Assembly (NCBI GenBank): GCA_001938485.1
Contig: MQRK01254813.1
Coordinates: forward strand, 1-56,875
Length of the DNA stretch: 56,875 nt
Direction: 5' to 3'
Source: Girardia tigrina
Lineage: Eukaryota
The notes below the pieces were generated by a model. That model searched no databases. It was given only the letters and a program-made list of their open reading frames with translations, and was not told where the DNA came from. A program made the position numbers and the translations under genes. The stretch's first letter is position 1. Each line of letters begins with the position of its first letter. Shown in pieces: positions 38,190-48,280 of the stretch.

Positions 38190-38794
38190 ATATAAAATTT
38201 ATTAAATGTAATAAAAATTAAATAAATTATTATTTTAATATGTAATGTTCATTCTAACTGTTCAGAAAGTGTGGTATTTAACTCAATAGGAACCCCATCT
38301 CTCTGGCTGTATCGCTTCACATCGAAAAAGTTATGTAATTAATCAACGGCTCATAATGTTTAAAATGTCTTTTAATTTATTAATTCTCAATTTTTGGTGG
38401 AAACCCGAAAAAAAGATGAAACGATAAATCACAATTACAACTGCATTATACAAAAAAAATCGAAGACCCCTAAAAGCATCACACAAATAAGAATCAGATA
38501 ATTTGAATTCGACATCCTTGACCATTTATTAGTATAAGTTAATAAATATTAATTAATATTTAATAAGAGATAGAGAAAATAATTGATGTTGTAAAACTAA
38601 TGATCAGAAAAACGAATGTAAAATAAAATGTGTCTCCTCTTAGAGTAATAAAAATATAATTAATAAACATAATTTATTTACATTTCGCAACGAAATTCGA
38701 TTTAAATATTATAGGGAAAGACGCAAATATAAAATTTATTAAATGTAATAAAAATTAAATAATTTATTATTTTAATATGTAATGTTCATTCTAA
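38190..38794 (+). repeat. Direct repeat pair of about 67 bp (38190-38257 and 38728-38794)
   Basis: ATATAAAATTTATTAAATGTAATAAAAATT...GTTCATTCTAA occurs twice. Confidence 0.75.
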
Positions 38795-39575
38795 AGTTAA
38801 TTCGAAATCATTTGGAATAATATAATAATAAAATATAATAATTGTTGGGAACGTTCATAAAATATAAAATTTTTGAATCTTATGAAATTATTAAATAAAC
38901 AATTACATTCCGTAAAATATTGTTATAAATATGTTAAAATAGATTTTCAGAAATTTAATGTAAAAAAATTAATTTAATTAAGAAATAAAATAAATTTTAC
39001 GGTAGGGTTATTAAAAGATTTATTATAAAGTAAAATAACGTTAATTTCAAATTTGATGAAAATATTTATTTGAAATAAAATAAAAGTAATTTAAGTTGGA
39101 TATTTTATTTGCGAAATGAAAGTAAACTAAACTATTTTTTGTAACTTTTAAATCAAAGTAAATTTAAAATGTGGTTATAATTTTTTTTGGAAAATGTAAT
39201 TATAATTTTTATAGGAAATTAAAGTTGGAATTAAAAAATAATTGAAAACCATTAAATTGACTTAAATAAAAAATGCGATTTTAATTTTTTATTGGAAAAT
39301 GTAATTGAGAAACAGTTAAATTTAAATGTACCATAAAATTGAAAAATTAATAAAAGACGCAACAAAATTTTTGTGACAAAATTTTAATTCTCTATAATTT
39401 TTATTAAAGAAAATATAAAATTTTAATTTGTAAAAAAATATACAAACCATATTTTTATTTATATCTATTTTTATTTATATTGGTTGTGTAAAAATGAAAG
39501 TGCAAAAGTTCCTCAAAAAATATTTGTTTAAAAAAAATCAAATTGTTATAGAAATAAATTTTTGTGTTCATTATA

Positions 39576-40652
39576 ATGTCTTTTGAGCAAGAACCCAATA
39601 TGGCGACCATAGCTAGCAACTCGGATCATTTGATTGGGAGACTAATGCCGGAAAAATATCGGAGACAGGACAATGTCGAAACATTTATATCGGCTTGTGC
39701 TCGATATTTCAAAGTGGCAAAGGTCCAGGAAAATATTCAGGAAATATTGGTGATAGGGTTATTGTCCCACGAGTTAATACCAATATATGAAAGTGTTCCT
39801 GCGGATATAAAAGGATATGAAGCCTGACTTCGTGAAGCTTTCCTTAAGAAAAGCACATTTATGGAAGACTTAGAAGAGGCTGTACATTTTGAGAGGTCCG
39901 GAGAATCGTTCGAGGAGTACTTTGCTAAAGTAAATAAATTAGCAGAGAAATTAGCAAAACACCAATGGACAAAAGAGGAAATAGAAAGATGTCTTCTAAT
40001 TCACGGATCAAAGGACAGTGATGCGAAAAAGGAGATTAAACTCAGAGACATTAAGGAGATACCGGAAATAAAGAACTTGATGAGGAAAGTAGATGAAGTC
40101 CGGACATCTGAAAAACCTGTTCATGCGGTAAGACCAACGTACAGAGAAGCGGTAAAAAGAGGAAACACAGCCGGGAATTCGATGAGGAAAACGGAAACAT
40201 CGGAGAGACGACATCCTTTACGTAACAACAATACATGCTGGAACTGCAAAGAAATAGGCCATAGAAGCAGTGAATGTAAGCGAGAAAAGAAGATCACGTG
40301 CTACGCATGTGGAGAAACGGGCCATGTGTGCCGAAAATGTAAGACGATAATATGTAACAGGTGTAACGATCCGGGACATAAGGCGGATGTGTGTTACACG
40401 AATCTGAACCGACGTCATCACAGAAGGAACGAGTATCAAAAGAGAAAAGAGTATCATGGGAGAACACAGAGGGACAATCGACAGCCACCACGGAGTCAGG
40501 AAAGAGACGGGAGAAAATGTAAGTCGGAGGAATACCTGAGAGGTATTCAAAGAGGACGATAGATAGCAATGATGGAAGAAGAAGAGTGCAGAGAATCTGA
40601 AAAAAACGAGCAATGCCAAGACGACGAGGAACCGATCTTGGCACTACAGTGA
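39576..40652 (+). pseudogene. gag: Gypsy-type gag with three CCHC knuckles
   Basis: CWNCKEIGHRSSEC, CYACGETGHVCRKC, CNRCNDPGHKADVC. Two in-frame premature stops. Confidence 0.85.
40601..40643 (+). promoter_or_regulatory. -1 ribosomal frameshift signal
   Basis: A AAA AAC in the gag frame, a 6-nt spacer, and an 8-bp stem TGCCAAGA/TCTTGGCA. The -1 frame is open (ORF at 40613). Confidence 0.8.
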
Positions 40653-40964
40653 GTCTTTCATTACACAAACCAAACCATATAAATTATATATATAATAGTA
40701 ATAATATCAGTAATATAAATAATATTAGTAGTAAATTAAATAATAGTAATCGTTTTAATAAAATTGATAAAAATAAGTCACAAAGTATGAACGACCAGGA
40801 ACCGGAAATGGATCATAAAGTGATTAAGTTTATTAAAAAGATATCGGATAAATCAGGAGAACTCTTAATAATTAATAATGAGAAAAATGTACCGATTATG
40901 TATAACAAACGTGAGCAGCATAGAGGAAACTGTCATAGGCAGTGTTTTCATTTTTGTTTAACAC

Positions 40965-41173
40965 ATGGAAGACGCAGTACGTTCTCAGCGTGCCATCATC
41001 TTTTTCCTTTGGAAAGAGGATACTCCAGTGTCTGACATTGTGCGCCGCTTATCAAATGTGTTTCAAGGAAGAGCCCTGCAAAAGTCTGCCGTCTACAATT
41101 GGGTGCATCAATTATAAAATGGACGTGAATCCTTGGACGACGAGGACAGGAGTGGACGTTCAGCAACGGCATG
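40965..41173 (+). mobile_element. mariner transposase N-terminal HTH fragment (not in ORF track)
   Basis: MEDAVRSQRAIIFFLWKE..DIVRRLSNVFQGRALQKSAVYNWV..NGRESLDDEDRSGR. Confidence 0.8.
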
Positions 41174-41527
41174 AAGGCATTAGTGAATGAGTATTTTGAA
41201 AAGTTTGACAGTGATGAGGATGATGAATGACATTGTATTCCTTCAATATACCTTATCAACCTTTCAAAAAGTGAACATTTTAATATACATATGTTACATA
41301 TGTATAATATTATTGTTATATATTATATACAATCACTATACATATCATCAACTATTTACTGAAGAATCATCACAATATCAAACATTAATATTAGTATATT
41401 ATTGTTATATACATATAGTACATTATATACATATATATTATTGTTACATAATATATGATCACAAGTAGTGATCATATAGTGATTCACAACACAGTCAACA
41501 TAGTTCAAATGTTTCTGATGTTTAAAA

Positions 41528-42193
41528 TGTTATATTATTATCTATTTGTATTATTATAATATGTTTATATATCATATTGAGACATCTTATATATCATATT
41601 GAGACATATCATATAGTACATCTTTCTATTGCGTAACTATATTGTTCATATTCATATATCCATACTATTAATACGTTCACCATAATCATTTATGACTTCC
41701 ATAGATTGTATACGTATAAGTGTATTACCTCCACTTGTATATTTTTTACATATGTAAATAAATAAGTGTTCTATATAACCTTGTCACGTTTTAATTCAAT
41801 TAAAGATTAATCAAATAATCGTTTCTGAAAGTAACATGTAAAACATTTGTTAACGTGATGATAATAATTCAAGTTAATCTATATTATACACAAATGCAAC
41901 AATTCTTCATTCATTTCTAAATTCAGCTTTACTTTCTCTAATACATATTTCATTTATGTTACAATATCAATTTTAACAAATGTATTAACCTATTTTATTT
42001 AAAACCAAGACTAAATTATTACAAGATTGGATGTAATGCACTTATTAGTATACAATCTATGGAATTCATAAATGATTATGGTGAACGTATTAATAGTATG
42101 GATATATGAATATGAACAATATAGTTACGCAATAGAAAGATGTAGTATATGATGTCTCAATATGATATATAACCATAATATAATAATATAACA
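41528..42193. repeat. Fold-back/MITE with long inverted arms
   Basis: About 41528-41713 is the reverse complement of about 42048-42193; the core of roughly 100 bp is nearly identical. Confidence 0.8.
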
Positions 42194-42299
42194 TGTAACA
42201 TTAACACAACAATACAACTTGTATCAACAATTAAATACAACGAATATCTGACAATTTCCATATTGCATACAAAAAATTATTATTATTATTTAAAATTAT

Positions 42300-43745
42300 T
42301 TGAAATTAAAAATAAATTTAAACATTACATATTTTTAGATAATAAGAATTCAAATATTAATCATCCATCTGGGTAGGAGAGACATATTTCCAAATCAACA
42401 TACACATTCAAACACAAAACATCAAACATTCAAAATATTTCTCACATCCCCCTCGATTTAAATGGCTTTAGCCATTCAACATTTCTAATAAAACTTCTTC
42501 CATCTTCAAGCTGTAACTCGTAACTTTTTTCATGATTTCTTTTCACCACTGTTACGGGACCCATGTAACGGCCATCTTCTTTTGAGACATTTTCCTTCTT
42601 AATTAATACTTTGTCTCCGACTTCTAAAATCCTTCTTGTCTCTGTTTTTGGTTCAACTGCTTTCAAATTTTTGTTATCTTCGTAATTGTTTTTCCACCAA
42701 TGTTTCAGTTTTCTTCAAAATACACTCTCGGTCGGTGACATGCCTATCGTAGCTTGTACAGTACTATTTAACATAAACTCGACTTCTGATAAGATTTCTG
42801 TCCAATCTTTATGATCTCCATCCTTCATTCTAATATTTAAAGCATCTCTGATCGTGCAAAACTGTCTTTCCACGATTCCATTTGTGTTATGATGATATGG
42901 ACTCGAATAAAATACCTCAACTTTAATTTTTTCCCCATGTCCTTGAACAAAACCGATTCAAATGTTTTTCCTCTGCCTACGTGGATTTCTTTTGGTGGTC
43001 CGAATTTCGATATCCATCTGTCCAATAATAATTTTCTAACTGTTTTTTCATCTTGACTAGCTGCTGCATTCAAGCTAATATATCTATTAAACTGGTCAAT
43101 TATTGCAAATATATATTGACATCCATTTATATTTCTTTTGAATGATCCACAAAAATCAATGTATATTTTCTGGAAAGGTTCATCCGCTAATTGCTTTATA
43201 TGTTTTTCTTTTATTTTGGTTTTTAATGTCTTCCTTTTTTGATAATTTATGCAACTTTGAACGATTTCTTTTATAAATTATCTCATATTTTTCAAAATTG
43301 GTGTTTAATTCATTCTGTCTTTTAGTTTTTGAAAAGCCTCATAACATTCTTTAGTCCAAATCAGTTTCTTATCCTTATTTTTACCACATAAACCTTCCAA
43401 TACTTTTGCATATCTTGCGTAATCCTTTATAAATTTTCTGTAGTAATTTGTCAAGCCCAAAAAGCTTNGTAAATGTTTAATGCATGATGGGCTTTGAAAC
43501 TTGCTTATCGCGTCAATCTTTGATTTATCTGTTTCAATACCATCTTTGCTTATTATATATCCTAAGAATTTAGTCTTTTCTACTAAAAATTGACACTTCT
43601 CCGGATGTATTCTCACACCTGATTCTTTGATTTTCTACAATACGTTTTTTACTCTTTGAATATGTTCTTTCTTATCTTTTGCAAAAATCAAAATATCATC
43701 CAAATGTACGACTGCTTCTTTCCAATTCAAATCTCCTAAAATGAT
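42300..43745 (-). mobile_element. Gypsy pol remnant (RT end, RNase H deleted, integrase, PPT, start of 3' LTR)
   Basis: VHLDDILIF, KCQF..FLGYII, FLGLTNYYRKFI, integrase SPYHHNTNGIVER. PPT GAGGGGGA at 42447-42454, then TGTGAGAAATAT from 42446. Confidence 0.9.
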
Positions 43746-44339
43746 TACTAACTTTAATAATAGAATTTATTACACTTGTTTGATTGTAAAATGAGCGCGA
43801 TGAAATTTGTCATGAAGAGAAGATGCTATTAATAAAACAGCTGAGTGTATTTATATGAAATTTCAAGAGAAAAATTAAATAATGAATGATGATTCAGAAG
43901 AAATATGGAAGTCTTTCTTTAGTGGCATCCACAACGCCGGCAATCATGCTGACCGTGTTCTCATTGTGGTTGTCTCTGGCCACGCACCTCTACGCTCGCG
44001 TTTTGCGTCACAACTAATAAGTTACTCATTTTATCTCTATATAGTTCTACCTTGCGGAACACGACGCTCAAACTCTCGGGTCTGCTCGAAACATCTGGAA
44101 TGGTCGTGTCTTGGACGAGGATCGTTGTCTCAATCGCAAATCGTCTTATTGTCTCAGTTAAAAATCGTCTCGTCCAAATTCCCACGCATCAAATTAGCTG
44201 CCGTAGTTTCGCAACTGATTGATTTAAACAAATGCGAAACTATTCACTTGTGTAACCGATTATCACTAAAATCGCGAACGAGAGAGTTTGTCCATCGAAT
44301 CGGCGACGAAATTCCAGTCGGAAAAAAAAATTTGGAAAA

Positions 44340-44605
44340 TTTGAGGACAGATATTTTTAAAAATAAATCAATCGTTGAAGCAGAGGAATTCTACTATAAT
44401 ACAATTACAAAAAATCAATTGTACTAATCACAGACGAATTGGTCGTCAAGACGACGGGGGTTGCGATGTATGTTTCATGGGAAATTTTAATTTGAAAGCG
44501 AATTGGTTATCTTATTCTTTTGGTGTTAATTATATCTGGGAGTTTGATGATCTGGAAATTTCGACGAAATTTAATTGTTTTGTCAGAACATTCGATCCTT
44601 CAGTG
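44340..44605 (+). pseudogene. Captured METTL24-like (Methyltransf_22) fragment; second copy at about 52670-52933
   Basis: C..HRRIGRQDDGGCDVC...SYSFGVNYIWEFD...FNCFVRTFDPS follows the R.G..DGGW.VC / YSFG.N..W.FD / C.V..FDP pattern. Confidence 0.65.
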
Positions 44606-44656
44606 ACAAAAAAAATCCGAATGAAATTCCAGCAAGCTAAAAATAGGCAACCCACG

Positions 44657-44859
44657 ATTGGCCGATCTAAAAATAGATTGGCCCATCTGAGAATGATGTT
44701 AATTTTTTGTGAAAAATGATTTATTGAAATTTAACTTTTCCGAAAAATATTCGGTGATTTCGATTCTTGTTTAAATTAATTAATTTGAGAAATTAAATAA
44801 ATTTTGGCGCAAAGTGATTTTTTTTAATCTGATTTGTTTTTTAAAAAAGCAGCCATTTT
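44657..44859 (+). promoter_or_regulatory. Candidate LTR promoter
   Basis: Two inverted CCAAT boxes (ATTGG at 44657 and 44677) and YY1-like GCAGCCATTTT at 44849-44859, present in both LTRs. Confidence 0.4.
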
Positions 44860-45636
44860 TTTTATTTTAAAACTTTTTCTTGTTTTCTGGAAAATAGAGA
44901 TTGAGAGGTTCGAGTTTCGGTGGCCGTGGTTTGATTTCGTACAATTTTTTTTTAAAAATGGAATCGGTACCAAACAACACGATTTACATGAACAATCTCG
45001 ATAAAAGAATCAAAAAATAAAAGCTGAAAAAAGCTCTATTTGCCGTGTTCTCTCAATTCGGACGAAATCTCAAAATTATGGTCAGTACACGATTAAAATT
45101 GAAAGGTTTGTTGTGTTTGAAAATATCAAATGCCCTGAAGCTTATTGTACTAAGTCAATTGAAAATAGAGAAATAAAAAAGCTCTTAAATGAAAATGATT
45201 ATGAATTGTATATGAGAAAATCGTTAAATCGTGTTAAGCCAAAGTTGGTCAATTCATATCAATGTCAAACTCCGAACTGTGACTTCTTCTGTGAATTATA
45301 TGACAAAAATCTGAAGACCTTAAAATGTCCAAAATGTAAAGAGGAAAATTGTCTTTCTTGTAAAGCTGTCCACCCAAAAGAGAAATGTAAAGACTATCAA
45401 GCTAGAAATATTTGTGCCAGCTAAAACCGCGATGCAATCCGGAACCTTTTGGACGAGGAATTGGAGAATCGAATCTGATCAGCCAGAGAAAGATGTGCGA
45501 ATAACGTTGGAAACGGCAATCGGGAAATTTGAAATCAGTGAGATTATTAATTTAAATCCCCCGTGTCCCGCAACCCACCCACCATCGCTAACACGTCGCA
45601 ACCACAAAGCTGCGCTGACTCTTGCACAACCATTTC

Positions 45637-45654
45637 TGGTAACAGAGCGTGGTT
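45637..45654 (+). promoter_or_regulatory. PBS resembling the complement of initiator tRNA-Met
   Basis: TGGTAACAGAGCGTGGTT, 4 nt after the LTR end. Confidence 0.75.
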
Positions 45655-46296
45655 GCGGCGCTCTGGTGTTGGGGGGTGGTCTTCCGGGTCGTGGGCTTGT
45701 TTGTGGATCTCGAGCATTCTTCCCCCTGATGGATGAGTGTCAGAGTATGTTTGAAAGAGTTAATGTTTTGAATGTGAATGATGTTATGTGGATTGAGAGT
45801 GATGACTTAAAACAATTTGAGAACTGCGCTAAGTTTCTGTGGAGGTTTCCGATAGTGACTGCTGTTGCGCTTGTCATGCTGAGTCTTTGCGAATCTAGAG
45901 TGAAGAGTCCCACCGATTAAATATTGAGTCCAACACCCGGACGAGACTTCTCCCTCAGGGTTCGCTGTATTATTTAAACATGTTTGATTGTGTTTCGGTG
46001 AATGTTTGGTTGAGGATGTCACTGTCGGAGAATCATAGAGTCAAGTATCCAGTAGCTGATCTAGAAATACTAAATTGTAATTTGAAGTGCAATGGAAATG
46101 TGCAGTCGTCGGATGAATCTTGGTCGAGATCGAGTCGCATCATTGGAGAGGATGATTGTTCGACACTGCAATTAGAGTTCGCAGCACTGAAAAACCAGTC
46201 TGATCCGAACTCGGAAGGATTTAAAAATTATGATGACCAGCTACAGGTGAATGAGACACCCCTGACCAAGGAAGAGAGCTGTTTTAAGGAATTGTA

Positions 46297-46524
46297 GGGA
46301 AATTATTTGTCAAAACGCTCAAAGGAAAGACCACAAAGTTAGAGATCAATTCCAGTGACTCAATAGACGAAATCAAGGCCAAGATCCAGGAGAAAGAAGG
46401 TGTTCCTCCTGATCAACAAAGGTTTATTTTCGCCGGTAAACAGCTCGAGAACGGGAAAATGTTTGGCGAATACAACATACATAAAGATGCAACCATCCAT
46501 TTCCTTTTGCGGTTACGAGGAGGA
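46297..46524 (+). CDS. Ubiquitin moiety in the gag N-terminal region (not in ORF track)
   Basis: [76 protein letters not shown]. 48 of 76 residues identical to canonical ubiquitin by manual alignment. Confidence 0.95.
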
Positions 46525-46597
46525 AGCGATAAGAAGACCGCTGGAGTGGAAAGTCCAGAAACAATGGGAAGAAGGATTGTACCAAAAGCCAAATTGA

Positions 46598-48280
46598 AAG
46601 AGAAATTTGACAAGGAGACGTAATCAAGCCTAGGAGGTACTTCGAACGAATGAGGAAGTGCAGAAAAGAGGTGAAGATTACGAAAATTAGTTCGAAAAGG
46701 CGATAAAAAAGTTCGAAGATCTCGTACATTTGGGGAAGGAATTAGGTCACAAAGATGAAGTGGTAAAGCTGATGGACAAGATGACAGAGATCGAGAACAA
46801 ACATGATGAATATCAGTCAAAATTTGAGGCGGAGACCGATCGGAAATGGAAATCAACTGTAGCTTCAGAAAACAAGAATTTCAATCATTCGCCAGCAAGT
46901 TTGGGAACGTTCAGATTGAAACGATTGCAGCTGCCCAGGTTCTCTGGGAATGTTATAGAATATGCCAAGTGGAGACAGATTTTCGACGAATTTGTCGACA
47001 AGATGGAGATTCTAGATGTGGACAAGCAGCTGCAATTGGAAGAATGTCTAGACGGTCAAGCTCGAGAGCTTGTGAAAAATTTCGGATTTGGAGGAGGAGC
47101 TTATAAAGCTATACTAGACAAACTTGAGAAGTTTTATGGTGGTGAAAATCACAGTTACTCGGCGATTGTAAAGGAGGTAGCCGAGTTTCGCCCCATTTCC
47201 GAAGTCACAGCTGCACAATTGGACAAAATTGTGTACTTGCTGGATAGTCTTGTGCTGAGATTAAGGACAATTTGGAAGGCAGGGGAATTTGGCAATGGAC
47301 TGCTCTACCAAAGTCTGTTGCAAAAGCTGCCAGTGGACATAATATTAATGTGGGAGAGGCACCGCCAAGGATCGAATCTTGGAGAAGAAATGGTGACCTT
47401 GAAAGAGTAGCTGGAGAAGGAAGCAGAACTCCAAAGAATGGCGGCCGAATCAGTCCATGGCATCGGGATGTTGAGTGCCGATAGAAATAGGCGAACGATC
47501 ATAAACAATGATCGAAAAAAATCCTTTGTTTCTATGGCTGCAGAGTTTCAAAAATCAAAGAGAAGTCATCAGGGAACAGAGAAGAAAGCTGTGTACAGAA
47601 ATTATGAAAGAGGATATTGCAGATTCGGCCAAAATTGTCGGTTCTCGCACCCAGAGCTTTGCAAGAACATCTTCAAACAATCGTGTAATACGGTCAACTG
47701 CAGATACTTTCACAGAAAGATCGGTACTGAAAACCGCCACGATGCAGAGTCCAATGATGGACATAAAGATGAACACGGTGAGTCTGGAAGTAGAAATCAC
47801 ATGCTGATCACGAGCACCAGCACCAGACAGAGTCAACAGAGGGAGCAACAAGGAGTTATTGCTCTGCGAACCGTAAGCGCGTGGGTGACGAATGGTGACA
47901 AGTGGTTGAGAGGAAATTTTCTATTAGATGACCCCAGCACAGAGACTTTCGTGAGTCAAGCCTTCGCGAATGAATTGCAGCTGTATGGAGATCAAGCCAA
48001 GATCAGTGTCCAAGTTCTAGGAGGAGCAAGAAGGTTAATACCAGTGCAGAGAGTGAAATTTCAAATATGTGATGAAAAAGGACGAGTTAAAGAGAGTGTC
48101 TCAGCACTTGTGGTGAAAAATGTGACCGAGCCGATGGAAATAGTTCATTGGAATCAGGCAAAATCCAAGTGGAGTCATTTAAAAGGAATACGTTTTCCGA
48201 GGATCGGCAAGAAAGGTGTGATTGATGGACTGATCGGTGCAAATTATTTGAAATTGCAAACAGCATTAAAAGAAATTTGA
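46598..48280 (+). pseudogene. gag: BEL/Pao gag (DUF1759-type) and aspartic protease
   Basis: LKRLQLPRFSGNVIEYAKWRQIF..LEECLDGQA..LQKLP. CCCH fingers at 47591-47713. Protease-like FLLDDPSTETFVS and IDGLIGAN. Confidence 0.85.

Larger units (their letters stand above)
43777..45632 (+). repeat. 5' LTR (1856 bp)
   Basis: Direct repeat of 52106-53975, about 2% different by eye. Confidence 0.95.

Noticed and set aside
44958-45491. Genuine host U1A, RBR or NDUFS4 genes
   Set aside because: Partial domains fused to one another and duplicated within the LTRs.
45414-45920. Chimeric LTR ORF reading through the PBS into the internal region
   Set aside because: Depends on a 1-nt difference between the two LTR ends (CTGACT versus CTGGGCT), so the ancestral state is unresolved.
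46282-46290. Programmed -1 frameshift into the ubiquitin frame
   Set aside because: TTTTAAG is not a canonical X XXY YYZ site and the element has many decay lesions; a simple indel is more likely.
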